64,000 bases of DNA, from positions 672,001 through 736,000 of the forward strand of contig CAWGMQ010000007.1 of assembly GCA_963823665.1 (NCBI GenBank), written 5' to 3'. Shown here piece after piece: positions 12,413 to 24,006 of this stretch (positions are counted from its first letter, which is position 1; each line of letters starts with the position of its first letter). The stretch comes from an uncultured Planctomycetota bacterium (GTDB lineage: Bacteria > Planctomycetota > Planctomycetia > Isosphaerales > Isosphaeraceae). A program made the translations under genes and the position numbers. Below the pieces are notes generated by a model that made no database searches, was not told the DNA's origin, and was given only the letters and a program-made list of their open reading frames with translations.

Positions 12413-15283
12413 ATGCTGCTTTCAACCGCCCTCTCAGCCCGAACCACGAATGACCTCCGCAAGCGCGGCGAACGCCTTCGGCGGCCCACGCCCGGCGGGC
12501 GCCGGTCTGCCCGTCCCCGGCTCGAAATGCTGGAAAATCGAACCTTGCTCAGCGTCGATGTTGTCACCAACACCAACGACAGCGGCCCGGGATCGCTGCG
12601 CGCGACGATCGGCGGCGCCTCGAGCGGCGATACCATCGAGTTCGCGAGCAATGTCACGGGCACCATCACGCTGTCGGCGACCAATGGCCCGCTGGATATC
12701 ACGCAAAAGCTGGAAATCGAAGGCCCAGGCGCCAACAACCTCACGATCAGCGGCAATGATGCTACCGAGGTGTTCGAGGTCGAGTCCGGTGCGACCGCGA
12801 GCATCGCCGGATTGACCATCGCCGATGGCTCGGCCGAGTACGGCGGCGGCATCTGGAACGGTGGCACGCTGACGGTCACTAACTCCACTCTCTCCGGCAA
12901 CTCGGGCACGTACGGGATCCGCGCGACCATCCCCGGCTTGGGCGGCGGCATCTTCAACGGTGGCGGCACGCTGACGGTCACCAACTCGACTCTCTCGGGC
13001 AACTCGGCCACGGACGGCGGCGGCATCTTCAACGGTGGCGGCACGCTGACGGTCACCGACTCGACGCTCGCGGGCAATTCGGCCTCCGCATCCGCCGGCG
13101 GCATCTATAACGACGGGGGCACGCTGACGGTCACCGACTCGACGCTCGCGGGCAATTCGGCCTCCTATTTCGGCGGCGGCGTGGTCACCTACGAACCGGT
13201 CGCCGTGACGACCCTCGGCGACACGATTATCGCGACGAACACAGCCCCAACGGGACCTGATGTTTACGGACCCGTCACCAGCCTCGGCTACAACTTGATC
13301 GGCAACTCAACAGGCGGCAGCAGCTTCGCGGCCACCGACCTGGTCAACGTCAATCCGCTCCTCGGCCCCTTGCAAAATAACGGGGGCCCCACCGAGACCA
13401 TGGCCCTCCTGCCCGGCAGCCCCGCCATCGACGCCGGCAACGTCGCCCTGGCCGTGGATGCCAACGGCAACCCATTGACCACCGACCAGCGCGGAGTCCA
13501 GCGCGACGTCTTTGGCGGCGTCGACATCGGCGCGTTCGAGGTTCAGGTCTACCAGGTCTCCTTCACGACCGACAGCGGCGGAGGCTCGCTGCGCTCGGCC
13601 ATGATTCAGGCCAACCAGTACGGCGGCAGCATCATCGCCTTCTCGACCAGCGGCGTCATCACTCTGGCGAGCCCCTTGCCGGCCATCAGCGACGACGTCC
13701 AGATACTCGGCCCGGGCGCCAACGTTCTGACGGTCAGCGGCTATTTTGCTAACCGGGTGTTCCAGCTCGATCCCGCTGCGACCGCAACCATAGCCGGATT
13801 GACGATCGCCGATGGCTCGGCCTCGTCCGGCGGCGGCATCTTTAACGCTGGCACGCTGACGGTGACCAACTGCTCGCTCTCGGGCAACTCGGCCCAGGTG
13901 GGCGGCGGCATTGAGAACGCTGGCACGCTGACGGTGACCAACTGCACGCTCTCGGACAACTCAGCGGGCGAGAGCGGCGGCGGCGTCACTAACGATGGCC
14001 ACATGAGAATCACAAACTGCACGCTCTCGGGCAACTCGGCCCCGAACGGCGGAGGCATCGTTAACGTCGTCGCCCGTGGATTCGAGAGTTTTGTCGATGG
14101 CACGTTGGCGGTCACCAACTGCACGCTCTCGGGCAACTCGGCCAGCACAATCGGCGGCGGCATCCTCGCGTTCCCGGGGGGCACGGTGACGCTCGCCAAC
14201 ACGATCGTCGCCACGAACACAGCCCCGACGGGACCTGATGTGGACGGATCCGTCACCAGCCTGGGTCATAACCTCATCGCCAACTCATCCGGCGGCATCG
14301 GCTTCGTGGCCGCCGACCTGCTCAACGTCAATCCTCTCCTCGGCCCGTTGCAGAATAACGGCGGGCCCACTGAGACCATGGCCCTTCTGCCCGGCAGCCC
14401 CGCCATCGGCGCCGGCAGCGTCGCCCTCATCCCGGCCGGTATCTCGACCGACCAGCGCGGATTTGCGCGCATCGTCAACGGCACGGTTGACATCGGTGCC
14501 TTCGAGAGCCCGCTGGGGCCAGCCGCTCGGCTCGTGATCCACACCGAGCCGTCGGCGACAGTCAAAGCCGGCCAGGCGTTCGCCACCCAGCCGGTAATTT
14601 ACGTGGAGGACCAGTCCGGCCACATTGAGACGGGCGACAACAGCACGCAGGTGACGGTGTCACTACAGAGCGGCAGCGGCCCCCTGCAAGGAACCCAGAC
14701 AGTCACCGTTTCGGGAGGCATCGCCACGTTCACCAATCTGGCCGACAATACGGCCGGGACGATCAGCCTCCTCTTCGCCAGCGTTCCGACTCTCACCTCA
14801 GCCGCATCGAACAACATCGTCATCAGTCCCGCTCAGGCGAGCCAGCTCGTGATCCACACCCAGCCATCGCCCACGGCTACGACCGGCCAGCCGTTTCCCA
14901 CCCAGCCGGTCATTTACGAAGAGGACCAATATGGCAACCTGGAGACGGGCGACAACACCACGCAGGTGACGGCGTCGCTGCGCGTCGGCACCGGCCCGCT
15001 CCTGGGCACGACCACCGTCACGGTGGCGACAGGCATCGCGACCTTCACCAATCTGGCCGACAACACGGCCGAGACCATCATTCTCAATTTCACCAGCCCT
15101 GGGCTGGCCAAGGCCACGTCCAACCCGATCACCATCACGGGTCCGCCCAAAGGGCAGGTCGTCATCGGCTCGGCCAAAGCTCATGTCAAGGTCAAGCTCA
15201 ACGAAACCAGCCGGGCCAAGAGCCGCCACGCGATCGGAGGCGATAGCCGTCTTACCACGACCAGACCTCGACGGACACGCTGA
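12413..15283 (+). CDS. Secreted beta-helix (Pmp-like GGGI repeats) protein with two choice-of-anchor-Q-like domains and two C-terminal Ig-like repeats, ~956 aa
   Basis: Leader RPRLEMLENRTLLS; GSLR motif twice; NPLLGPLQNNGGPTETMALLPGSPAI...DQRG...DIGAFE twice; GGAG RBS. Confidence 0.85.
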   Translation: MLLSTALSARTTNDLRKRGERLRRPTPGGRRSARPRLEMLENRTLLSVDVVTNTNDSGPGSLRATIGGASSGDTIEFASNVTGTITLSATNGPLDITQKLEIEGPGANNLTISGNDATEVFEVESGATASIAGLTIADGSAEYGGGIWNGGTLTVTNSTLSGNSGTYGIRATIPGLGGGIFNGGGTLTVTNSTLSGNSATDGGGIFNGGGTLTVTDSTLAGNSASASAGGIYNDGGTLTVTDSTLAGNSASYFGGGVVTYEPVAVTTLGDTIIATNTAPTGPDVYGPVTSLGYNLIGNSTGGSSFAATDLVNVNPLLGPLQNNGGPTETMALLPGSPAIDAGNVALAVDANGNPLTTDQRGVQRDVFGGVDIGAFEVQVYQVSFTTDSGGGSLRSAMIQANQYGGSIIAFSTSGVITLASPLPAISDDVQILGPGANVLTVSGYFANRVFQLDPAATATIAGLTIADGSASSGGGIFNAGTLTVTNCSLSGNSAQVGGGIENAGTLTVTNCTLSDNSAGESGGGVTNDGHMRITNCTLSGNSAPNGGGIVNVVARGFESFVDGTLAVTNCTLSGNSASTIGGGILAFPGGTVTLANTIVATNTAPTGPDVDGSVTSLGHNLIANSSGGIGFVAADLLNVNPLLGPLQNNGGPTETMALLPGSPAIGAGSVALIPAGISTDQRGFARIVNGTVDIGAFESPLGPAARLVIHTEPSATVKAGQAFATQPVIYVEDQSGHIETGDNSTQVTVSLQSGSGPLQGTQTVTVSGGIATFTNLADNTAGTISLLFASVPTLTSAASNNIVISPAQASQLVIHTQPSPTATTGQPFPTQPVIYEEDQYGNLETGDNTTQVTASLRVGTGPLLGTTTVTVATGIATFTNLADNTAETIILNFTSPGLAKATSNPITITGPPKGQVVIGSAKAHVKVKLNETSRAKSRHAIGGDSRLTTTRPRRTR

Positions 15284-15322
15284 TTGCTTGATTCGCAGTG
15301 TCTCACCGGCCCGGCCGGCCCC

Positions 15323-15337
15323 TGGCGCTCAGTCTGC
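15323..15337 (+). promoter_or_regulatory. Sigma54-like -24/-12 site (motif B); other copies at 23757, 33870, 36122
   Basis: TGGCGCTCAGTCTGC = GG-N10-GC spacing in four intergenic copies. Confidence 0.55.
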
Positions 15338-15374
15338 GCGCCGGGGACGAGAACTGTCGACAAGGACAAGTCAC

Positions 15375-15435
15375 CCAGCTCCGGCGATCGATCCGCGCGC
15401 CTGGGCGAAACTGTTCTTTCACGCCGATCGGTTCT
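15375..15435 (+). repeat. Hairpin-forming leader element C; other copies at 29308-29368, 36171-36230, 43553-43612
   Basis: CCAGCTCCGGCGATCGATCCGCG...TTTCACGCGGATCGGTTCT conserved four times with inverted repeat ATCCGC/GCGGAT (one mismatch in this copy). Confidence 0.7.
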
Positions 15436-15578
15436 CTGCAAGAGTGGATGTTGATTGGCTCCCGGTGGCTTGTTGGTCATCCGCTGTTCGTCGATGATGT
15501 CCAATAGGTGCTCGACCGAGTGACGTCCGATGCGTCGGTCGCCGCGGATCTGCGCGATATCAAGCGCGAAGGAATCTG

Positions 15579-16154
15579 ATGAGCGACGTGACTCGAATCC
15601 TGACGGCCATCGAGCAAGGCAATCCCCAGGCTGCCGAACAGCTTTTGCCATTCGTCTACGACGAGCTGCGCAAGCTTGCCGCTCAGAGGCTGAAGCAGGA
15701 GAAGCCCGGGCAGACGCTCCAGGCCACCGCACTGGTCCACGAGGCGTATCTCCGGCTGGTCGACGCGTCCAAAATCCAGCGATGGGACAGCCGGGGCCAT
15801 TTCTTTGCGGCCGCGGCCGAAGCGATGCGGCGGATTCTTCTCAATCGCGCACGCGACAAGAAGCGTGACAAGAGAGGCGGCGACCGCCTGCGCGTCGATC
15901 TCGACCACATCGAAATCGCCCTGGACACCAGTGACGAACAACTGATTGCCCTCGATGATGCGCTCACCCAGTTTGCCGAGGAGGATCCCGACGCCGCCCG
16001 GCTGGTGAACCTGCGGTTCTTCGCGGGGCTCACCTTGCGCGATGCCGCCGTCTCCCTCGGGCTGTCCCAGCGGACCGCAGAGCGTCAATGGTCCTATGCT
16101 CGCGCCTGGCTCTATGCCCGTCTCAGTCAGGACGCCGCCCCAAACGCCGATTGA
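15579..16154 (+). CDS. ECF RNA polymerase sigma factor, TIGR02999/ECF43-like, 191 aa
   Basis: DVTRIL...LLPFVYDELRKLA...TLQATALVHEAYLRL...HFFAAAAEAMRRIL...WSYARAWL; directly upstream of a kinase. Confidence 0.93.
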   Translation: MSDVTRILTAIEQGNPQAAEQLLPFVYDELRKLAAQRLKQEKPGQTLQATALVHEAYLRLVDASKIQRWDSRGHFFAAAAEAMRRILLNRARDKKRDKRGGDRLRVDLDHIEIALDTSDEQLIALDDALTQFAEEDPDAARLVNLRFFAGLTLRDAAVSLGLSQRTAERQWSYARAWLYARLSQDAAPNAD

Positions 16155-16171
16155 GGCTTCCGGTATTTCTT

Positions 16172-16209
16172 TGGCGGGTTTCGCCTGAAACGGGGCATTG
16201 AGTAACGGA
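16172..16209 (+). promoter_or_regulatory. Motif A, candidate ECF promoter TGGCG-N18-GCATTGA; copies at 19749, 23593, 30129, 33706 and diverged at 63168
   Basis: tggcgggtttcgcc(g/t)gaaacggggcattga(g/a)taacgga five times; tggcacgattcgccccgggcgtcgcactga aligns without gaps. Confidence 0.7.
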
Positions 16210-16228
16210 CCACGAACGGGGACTGTCG

Positions 16229-19200
16229 ATGAGTGATGCAAAAGCTGATGCGAAGGCGATCTTCCTCGAAGCCCTGGAATGCAAGGGCGCCCTCGAGTTG
16301 ATGCGCTTTCTCGATCAAGCATGCGGGGCCGACGCGGTCTTGCGCGGGCGTGTCGAGGAGCTGCTGCGGGCTCATCAGAATGCGGGCGCTTTCCTGGGCG
16401 GGGCCGAGCAAGAAGACACCACACGCGATCGACCGATTGCAGAACGCCCCGGCACGATCATCGGTCCCTACAAGCTGCTGGAGCAGATCGGCGAAGGGGG
16501 CTTCGGCGTTGTCTTCATGGCCGAACAGACGCAGCCCTTGCGCCGCAAGGTCGCGCTCAAGGTGCTCAAACCCGGAATGGACACGCGCCAGGTCGTGGCG
16601 CGCTTCGAGGCCGAGCGGCAGGCGCTGGCGATCATGGACCATCCCCATATCGCCAAGGTCCTGGACGGCGGCGCCACCGAAACGGGCCGGCCGTATTTCG
16701 TCATGGAGCTGGTGCGGGGCGTGCCGATCACCGAGTTCTGCGACCACAACCTCCTGACGCCACGGCAGAGGCTGGAGCTCTTCATCCCCGTGTGCCAGGC
16801 CATCCAGCACGCACATCAGAAGGGTATCATCCACCGCGACCTGAAGCCGTCCAACGTGCTCGTGTCGCGGCATGACACCACGCCGGTGGTCAAGGTGATC
16901 GATTTTGGCGTGGCCAAGGCGCTCGGGCAGGTGCTGACCGACAAGACGCTGTTCACCGGCATCGCCCAGATGATCGGGACGCCGCTGTACATGTCGCCGG
17001 AACAAGCCGGCATGAGCGATCTCGATATCGACACCCGCAGCGACATCTATTCGCTGGGTGTGTTGCTCTACGAGCTGCTGACCGGTACCACGCCGTTCGA
17101 TAAGGGGCGTTTCACGCAGGCGGCGCAGGACGATATCCGCCGCATCATCCGGGAAGAAGAGCCGCCGCGGCCGAGCACGAGGCTGTCGGATTCGAAGGAA
17201 ACGCTGGCGTCGATCTCGGCGCTCAGGGGCATGGAGCCGGCGAAACTGACCAAGCTCGTGCGCGGCGAGCTCGACTGGATCGTGATGAAGGCGCTCGACA
17301 AAGACCGCAATCGGCGTTACGAAACGGCCAACTCCATCGCGGCAGACATCGAGCGCTACCTGAAGGATGAGCCGGTGCAAGCCTGCCCGCCCGGCGCCGG
17401 CTATCGGATACGCAAGTTCGTGTCGCGCAACCGGGCACCACTCTTCACAAGCGCGGCGATCGGGCTCGCGACGCTGGTGCTCTTCGCAGCCATGGCGTGG
17501 ACTGCCTGGGAAAGGCACTCACGCTCGATCCAGCGGGCCAACGAAATGTCAGCGCGCGCGGCCGTGCTGTCGGCCCGATTGCCTGACATTCTTTCGGACA
17601 TCACCCGTCTCGAGGAACAGCAGGCATGGCCCGAGGCGCTGGCAGCGGCCCGCCGTGCCGAGACGGCGATCGAAGTCGGCCAGGGGGACGCCGAGATCGC
17701 TGCGACCGTACGCACGCACGTCGCCGAGCTTCAGTTCGTCGAGCGAATCGAGGTGGCCCGATCGATGCGCGACGTCGACGCCGGGCATTCGAACTTCGAC
17801 GAGATGGGGCGTGTCCTGGCGCCGGGAGTCGCACGCGCCGGCCCCTTGGATGGCGGACCTTCGAGCTTGGAGGGGATCGAGCGTGCCTATAACGAGGCAT
17901 TCGCTGGATTCGGCGTTGACGTGAAGAACCCATCGACCGCCAAGGCGAGCACGAGACTGCGACAAGCGCCCGGCACCCTGCACGCGGTTGCCGCAGCGCT
18001 CGACGACTGGGCCGCAGTGAGGCGGGACAGATCCGATCCTGGCGCGAGGCACCTCGCGGAGCTGGCGCTTGCGATCGATGACGACCCGTTCCGACGGGAG
18101 ATTCGCCGGGCGATTCTTAGCCAGAATGTCGAGACGCTGCGTCGGCTGGCTAAAGAGATGCCGAGAACCCCACAGCCGGCTGCGACCCTCTGGCTCATCG
18201 GAATCGCGCAGCCGACCACCAATGAGCGCGCCGAAGCGTTGATGCATGCGCAGGTCGAGTATCCGGCGGACTTCTGGATCAATTTCCATCTCGGGCACAA
18301 TCTGATCCACTCTCGTCCTACTCAGCAAGACCACGGCGCCCGCTTCCTCCAGGCAGCGCTGGCGCTGCGTCCGTCGTCCCGCGTTCGCGCTCATCTCGCT
18401 CATGTCCTCGTTCGACTGCACCGCCGCGAGGAGGCCGACGCCGTGATTCGCCAGGGATTGAGCCTGAACCCCGGGGACGCGTCACTTTATTGGGCGCTTG
18501 GTCATCTCTACGCCTGGCAGGGGAAGCGTGAGGCGGCCCTCGCAGCCGAACGCACTGCCGTTGGGCTCGACCCGGGCCTGGCGGTCGCCCAGATCGACAT
18601 GGGCGGAGCCTTGATCAGCCTGGGGCGATTCGACGAAGCGATTGGAGCCCTCCGCAAAGCAATCGAGATCGATCCAACTTCCCCGTGGGCACATATTTCT
18701 CTCAGTGCCGCGCTACGGGAGAAGAAGCAGTACCGCGAGTCGCTGGCCGCATACGAGACGGCGAAAAAACTCGACCCAGGCAACGAAGTGCTGGCCAGAG
18801 AGATCGGCTTCATGATCGAGGCACAAAATGGTCTGGATGGCTTGATCGCTTACTGGCGCCGGGAGATGGAAAAGAACCCCAAGGACTGGAGGTCTCCCCT
18901 GTACCTCGGGTTCGCGCTCGCACGCAACGGGCAAGTCGATGAGGGCCTCGCCTGCCTCGAAAAGTCGATCTCGCTCTCCCCGACAGACCCCGCTGAGCTT
19001 GCCATTGCGTATGCCGACTTTGGTCGGCTTCTCAGTGACAAGGGGCGTCTCGACGAGGCGATCGTCTTGTTTCGGAAAGGCATCGAGATCCAACCGAGAT
19101 ATGAGTTAATACCCGACGTTCTCGCGTGGGCCCACATAGGACTTGGCGAGGCCCTGCGGCGACAAGCCAAGCTCGACCTGGCCATCGCCGCTGTTCGAAA

Positions 19201-19729
19201 ATCGATCGAGATCAAACCCGGGTTCGTGAGGGGGCACCACGCGCTGATCATGACGCTGCAGCAGCAAGGGAGGTCGCAAGAGGCGATCATCTGGCTGGGA
19301 AAAGCGACCGCGCTCGATCCCACTCACCCGTACGACCGGAACGAACTGGCCTGGTACTTCGTGGCGCAGGTTCCCGAGGAGCATCGCAAACCTGCCGTTG
19401 GCGTCAAACTTGCCCGCGGGGCCGTCGAGCTCGAGCCTGAAAAAGGCACCTACTGGAACACCCTGGGCGTGGCTTACTACCGCGCCGGCGATTGGAATGC
19501 CGCGATCGCAGCGCTCCAGAGAAGCATGGAGCTTCGCAAGGGGGGGGACAGTTGCGACTGGTTCTTCCTGGCCATGGCCCACGAGAAGCTTGGTGACAAG
19601 GAGCAGGCTCGGAAATGGCTCGACCGGGCCATGCAATGGATGGAAAAAAACAAGGTCGAGGATCAGGAATTGATGGCCTTTCGAGCCGAAGCCGCCCAGT
19701 TGCTGGGTGTGGAAGGAAAAAGGAAATGA
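16229..19729 (+). CDS. Ser/Thr protein kinase with one TM helix and C-terminal TPR array (K1), 1166 aa
   Basis: [28 protein letters not shown]; hydrophobic LFTSAAIGLATLVLFAAMAW; multiple TPRs. Confidence 0.95.
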   Translation: MSDAKADAKAIFLEALECKGALELMRFLDQACGADAVLRGRVEELLRAHQNAGAFLGGAEQEDTTRDRPIAERPGTIIGPYKLLEQIGEGGFGVVFMAEQTQPLRRKVALKVLKPGMDTRQVVARFEAERQALAIMDHPHIAKVLDGGATETGRPYFVMELVRGVPITEFCDHNLLTPRQRLELFIPVCQAIQHAHQKGIIHRDLKPSNVLVSRHDTTPVVKVIDFGVAKALGQVLTDKTLFTGIAQMIGTPLYMSPEQAGMSDLDIDTRSDIYSLGVLLYELLTGTTPFDKGRFTQAAQDDIRRIIREEEPPRPSTRLSDSKETLASISALRGMEPAKLTKLVRGELDWIVMKALDKDRNRRYETANSIAADIERYLKDEPVQACPPGAGYRIRKFVSRNRAPLFTSAAIGLATLVLFAAMAWTAWERHSRSIQRANEMSARAAVLSARLPDILSDITRLEEQQAWPEALAAARRAETAIEVGQGDAEIAATVRTHVAELQFVERIEVARSMRDVDAGHSNFDEMGRVLAPGVARAGPLDGGPSSLEGIERAYNEAFAGFGVDVKNPSTAKASTRLRQAPGTLHAVAAALDDWAAVRRDRSDPGARHLAELALAIDDDPFRREIRRAILSQNVETLRRLAKEMPRTPQPAATLWLIGIAQPTTNERAEALMHAQVEYPADFWINFHLGHNLIHSRPTQQDHGARFLQAALALRPSSRVRAHLAHVLVRLHRREEADAVIRQGLSLNPGDASLYWALGHLYAWQGKREAALAAERTAVGLDPGLAVAQIDMGGALISLGRFDEAIGALRKAIEIDPTSPWAHISLSAALREKKQYRESLAAYETAKKLDPGNEVLAREIGFMIEAQNGLDGLIAYWRREMEKNPKDWRSPLYLGFALARNGQVDEGLACLEKSISLSPTDPAELAIAYADFGRLLSDKGRLDEAIVLFRKGIEIQPRYELIPDVLAWAHIGLGEALRRQAKLDLAIAAVRKSIEIKPGFVRGHHALIMTLQQQGRSQEAIIWLGKATALDPTHPYDRNELAWYFVAQVPEEHRKPAVGVKLARGAVELEPEKGTYWNTLGVAYYRAGDWNAAIAALQRSMELRKGGDSCDWFFLAMAHEKLGDKEQARKWLDRAMQWMEKNKVEDQELMAFRAEAAQLLGVEGKRK

Positions 19730-19805
19730 CTTCGTTCCCGAAATTCCCTGGCGGGTTTCGCCGGAAACGGGGCATTGAATAACGGAACATGAGCGGGGAC
19801 CGTCT

Positions 19806-22800
19806 ATGATTGATGCAAGAGCCGAAGCGAAGGCGATCTTTCTCGAAGCCCTGGAATGCAAAGGCGCCGGCGAACTCAGGCAATTTCTCGAACAAGCGTG
19901 TGGGACTGACCGGAGCTTGCGCGGGCGTGTCGAGGAGCTGCTGCGGGCTCATCAGGACGCGGGCGCTTTCCTGGGCGGGGCCGAACGGCAAGACGCGACA
20001 CAAGACCAGCCTGGTGCCGGACGGATCGGCACGACGATCGGCCCCTACAAGCTGCTGGAGCAGATCGGCGAGGGGGGCTTCGGGCTGGTATTCATGGCCG
20101 AGCAGCAGCAGCCCGTCCGCCGCAAGGTGGCCCTCAAGATCCTCAAGCCGGGCATGGACACCCGGCAAGTGATCGCCCGCTTCGAGGCCGAGCGCCAGGC
20201 GCTGGCACTCATGGACCATCCCAACATCGCCAGGGTGCTCGATGCCGGTGAGACCGGCTCGGGCCGCCCTCACTTCGTCATGGAGCTGGTCAAGGGCGTG
20301 CCGATCACCGACTACTGCGATCAGAACCGCCTGACCACGCGAGAGCGGTTGGTGCTGTTCACGCACGTCTGCCATGCCGTGCAGCATGCCCACCACAAGG
20401 GCATCATTCACCGGGACTTGAAACCCTCGAACGTCATGGTGACGCTGCACGACGCAGTTCCGGTCGTGAAGGTGATCGACTTCGGCATCGCCAAGGCACT
20501 GGGGCAGCAGCTCACGGACAAGACGCTCTTCACCGGCTTCGCGCAGTTGGTCGGCACGCCGATGTACATGAGCCCCGAGCAGGCCCAGTTGAGCGGCCTC
20601 GACATCGACACGCGCAGCGACGTCTACTCGCTGGGCGTGCTCCTGTACGAGCTGCTCGCGGGGGTCACGCCTTTTGACACGGAACGGCTGCGCACTGCGG
20701 GCTACGACGAAATGCGGCGGATCATCCGCGAAGAGGATCCGCCCGGCCCGAGCACCCGCCTGAGCACGCTGGGCCAGACAGCGGTGACAATTTCGGCCGA
20801 ACGGCAGAGCGATCCGAAGCAGCTTTGCCGCATGTTGCGTCGCGAGTTGGACTGGATTGTGATGAAGGCGATCGAGAAGGACCGCACGCGGCGCTACGAG
20901 ACAGCCAACGAGCTGGCTCGAGACGTCGATCGTTACCTGAAAGACGAGCCGGTTCTGGCCTGCCCGCCCTCGGCCTCGTATCGCTTCCGCAAGTTCATGC
21001 GGCGGCACAAGGCGGGGCTGCGAATCGCCGCGGCGGCTGCCCTGATGTTGCTACTGGCGGGCGCCGGTGTGACCTGGGCGCTCCTGGACCAGGCAGCGCG
21101 AAGCAGAGAACTGTCCAGTCGCAGGGCCGAGACGGAACAAACCGTGAGCGCGGTGCTGGTCACGACCGAGCAGTTGCGGAAGCAGGCTGCCGAGGCGCCG
21201 AGCGCGACGAGCCAGGAGGCAGACGCCGCCCTGGCGCTCTGGCGCCAGGCCGAAGCGACGCTCGACCAGGCGGACACCGCCTTGAGGACCGGAACCGCCG
21301 ACGCTCGTCTACATCAGCTTGTGCAGGACGAACGGCGGCAGACCGGACAGCAACGGTCACAGGCGCAGCGGACGGCAAAGCTGCTGCGCGACCTGGATGA
21401 CGCTCGCATGACGCGATCGAGCTGGCTGGATGACGCTCGCATGTCGCGATCGACGAGCTGGCTCGAAACCCATTTCGACGATGCCGGCGCGGTCACGAAG
21501 TATGCCGCGGCGTGCGCGGCCTACGGATTGGAGATGACGCCGGGACGAACCGAGGAGCTGGCGCGGCGCATCCGCGCGGAACAACCCGCCATCCGCGAGG
21601 CCCTGATCGTGGCACTGGACAATTGGCACGCCAGTGCCCTGGTGGTGCAGGAATTGGAGCCGGCGAAGATGGTGGCGGCAATCGCGACGGCGGCAGATGA
21701 CGATCCGTGGCGGCAGCAGTTTCGGGTCGCGGCCCTTGCCAGGGACGCCACTGCCCTACGGGCCTTGAGCGGCCAAGCACGGCGGCTTTCCCTGCCACCT
21801 TCCAGTCTCGTGATGCTGTCCTCGCATCTTTTTCTCCAAGGCGACGTGGACGAAGCCCTGGCCCTGCTGCGCTGGGCGCACGGCCGTCACGTGACGGATT
21901 TTTGGATCCATTTTCTTCTGGGACGTGTCCTCTATGATGTCAAGGCCCCATCCCCGGCGATCGTGGAAGAAACAATCGGCTGTTGTCGAACAGCCTTGGC
22001 GCTACGTCCGGCTACCGGCGCTGCCCGCGTCAGCCTCGGCCTCGCACTGCGAGGCAAGGGCCAGTTGGACGAGGCCATCGCCGAATACAAAAAGGCCATC
22101 GAGCTCGATCCCAAGCTCGCGACCGCCCACGACAGCCTCGGCCACGCGCTGGTGGCCCAGAACCGACCGGACGAGGCCATCGCCGAATACAGGAAGGCCA
22201 TCGAAGTCGACCCCAAGTTCGTAACTGCCCACAATAACCTCGGCTATGAATTGCAAGTCAAGGGGCAGTTGGACGAGGCCATCGCCGAATTCAGGAAGGC
22301 CATCGAAGTCGACCCCAAGTTCGCACACGCCCACCACAACCTCGGCCACGCACTGTTGGGCAAGGGCCAGTTGGAAGAGGCCATCCGTGAATGCAAGAAG
22401 TCCATCGAGCTCGATCCCAAGCAGGGAATTTTCTACATGTTGCTCGGCATTTGCATGCACGCCAAGAACCAGTTGGACGACGCCATCGCCCTGCACCACA
22501 AGGCCATCGAACTCGACCCCATGGAAGCACATGCCCACCTTCACCTCGCCAACGCACTGTGGTCCAATAACCAGTTGGAAGAGGGCATCGGCGAATTCAA
22601 AAAGGCCATCGAACTGGGCCCCAAGCTCGCACATACCCACCTTCACCTCGGCAACGCACTGTGGTCCAAGAACCAGTTGGAAGAGGGCATCGGCGAATTC
22701 AAAAAGGCCATCGAACTGGACCCCAAGCTCGCATCGGCCCACCTCCTCCTCGGCCACGGACTGTGGTCCAAGAACCAGTTGGACGAGGGCATCACCGAAT

Positions 22801-23492
22801 TCCGCAAGGCCATCGAACTGGACCCCAAGCTCGCATCGGCCCACTACTCCCTCGGCAACGCACTGCTGGCCAAGAACCAGTTGAAAGAGGCCATCGGCGA
22901 ATACAAGAAGACCATCGAACTCGACCCGAAGTTTGCGTCGGCCCAACGGGTAGCGAACCCCGAACGGCTGGCGCGGTCGGCGGCAAAGCTCGCCGGCATT
23001 CTCGAAGGGAAAGCCACGGCCACCGACAACGGCGAGCGGATCGGACTCGCGGAAGTATGCAACCTGACGCGCCGGTACGTCGCCGCCGCCCGGCTGTACG
23101 CCGCCGACGTCACCACCGACCCGATGCCGGCTGACGACCTGAAAGCCGGCTATCGTTATAACGCGGCCTGCTCCGCCGCGATGGCCGCGTTGGGTCTAGG
23201 GACGGACGCCGACAAGCTCGACGACCAGGAGCACCGCCGGCTGCGCCAGCAGGCGCTCGCCTGGCTGCGGGCCGACCTGGGCCAATGGGCCAAACAACTG
23301 AAAGCTGGCAAGCCGGAAGATTGCCAAGTCATGCGGGGCATACTCGAGCACTGGCAGCGCGCCGGGGAGTTGGCCAGTGTTCGTGAGCCGGCATCGCTCG
23401 AAAAGCTGGCGGCCGATGAGGGGGACGCGTGGCGGAAACTGTGGGCCGATGTGGCGGCATTGCTGAAGAAGGCAGGAGACGCCAAGGGATAG
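19806..23492 (+). CDS. Ser/Thr protein kinase with TM helix and ~9 near-identical TPRs (K2), 1228 aa
   Basis: All Hanks motifs; [23 protein letters not shown]; 34-aa repeats [22 protein letters not shown]-terminal region. Confidence 0.95.
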   Translation: MIDARAEAKAIFLEALECKGAGELRQFLEQACGTDRSLRGRVEELLRAHQDAGAFLGGAERQDATQDQPGAGRIGTTIGPYKLLEQIGEGGFGLVFMAEQQQPVRRKVALKILKPGMDTRQVIARFEAERQALALMDHPNIARVLDAGETGSGRPHFVMELVKGVPITDYCDQNRLTTRERLVLFTHVCHAVQHAHHKGIIHRDLKPSNVMVTLHDAVPVVKVIDFGIAKALGQQLTDKTLFTGFAQLVGTPMYMSPEQAQLSGLDIDTRSDVYSLGVLLYELLAGVTPFDTERLRTAGYDEMRRIIREEDPPGPSTRLSTLGQTAVTISAERQSDPKQLCRMLRRELDWIVMKAIEKDRTRRYETANELARDVDRYLKDEPVLACPPSASYRFRKFMRRHKAGLRIAAAAALMLLLAGAGVTWALLDQAARSRELSSRRAETEQTVSAVLVTTEQLRKQAAEAPSATSQEADAALALWRQAEATLDQADTALRTGTADARLHQLVQDERRQTGQQRSQAQRTAKLLRDLDDARMTRSSWLDDARMSRSTSWLETHFDDAGAVTKYAAACAAYGLEMTPGRTEELARRIRAEQPAIREALIVALDNWHASALVVQELEPAKMVAAIATAADDDPWRQQFRVAALARDATALRALSGQARRLSLPPSSLVMLSSHLFLQGDVDEALALLRWAHGRHVTDFWIHFLLGRVLYDVKAPSPAIVEETIGCCRTALALRPATGAARVSLGLALRGKGQLDEAIAEYKKAIELDPKLATAHDSLGHALVAQNRPDEAIAEYRKAIEVDPKFVTAHNNLGYELQVKGQLDEAIAEFRKAIEVDPKFAHAHHNLGHALLGKGQLEEAIRECKKSIELDPKQGIFYMLLGICMHAKNQLDDAIALHHKAIELDPMEAHAHLHLANALWSNNQLEEGIGEFKKAIELGPKLAHTHLHLGNALWSKNQLEEGIGEFKKAIELDPKLASAHLLLGHGLWSKNQLDEGITEFRKAIELDPKLASAHYSLGNALLAKNQLKEAIGEYKKTIELDPKFASAQRVANPERLARSAAKLAGILEGKATATDNGERIGLAEVCNLTRRYVAAARLYAADVTTDPMPADDLKAGYRYNAACSAAMAALGLGTDADKLDDQEHRRLRQQALAWLRADLGQWAKQLKAGKPEDCQVMRGILEHWQRAGELASVREPASLEKLAADEGDAWRKLWADVAALLKKAGDAKG

Positions 23493-23572
23493 CGTTCTGA
23501 CGACGACCTGAACAAGACAACCAAGAAGCGGCCAGTGAGCCGCACCGCCACCCTCGACCTCGATTCCTTTGA

Positions 23573-23790
23573 TTGACTATTCCGAGATTTCCTGGCGGGT
23601 TTCGCCGGAAACGGGGCATTGAGTAACGGAACAATTGCTGAAGAAGTTCGGAGACACCAAGGGATAGCGTTCTGACGACAGCCTGAACACGTCAACAAAT
23701 AAAGCGGCCGGCGAATCTCTCCGCCAATCAGGATTTTGACCGGATCGGCAAAGCCCTGGCGCTCAGTCTGCGCACGGGGGCGCTCGCTCA
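23573..23790 (+). pseudogene. Deletion scar: motif A fused to the last ~10 codons and 3' flank of a K2-type kinase; second copy at 33684-33900
   Basis: attgctgaagaagttcggagacaccaagggatagcgttctgacgac (23634) repeats the K2 end attgctgaagaaggcaggagacgccaagggatagcgttctgacgac (23459). Confidence 0.75.
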
Positions 23791-24006
23791 ATCATTTAAA
23801 CGTACAGAGCGTGACAGAGAAAAATACTCTTTTTTTATCATGCCATCACTCATCATATAATAAATAACTGTGAATATCGAAAATTTTTGCGATGTCTATC
23901 GTCGGGGCAGAGGCAAGTCGCGTGATTAGAGGTGTATGGAGCAGAACGATCACGGTGGACGACTCTCATCTGCTCGCATGCGGGATTCCTCAGAAAGAGG
24001 TCGACC

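Noticed and set aside
22040..22940. Diversity-generating retroelement acting on TPR repeats
   Set aside because: No reverse transcriptase in the window and differences are not adenine-specific
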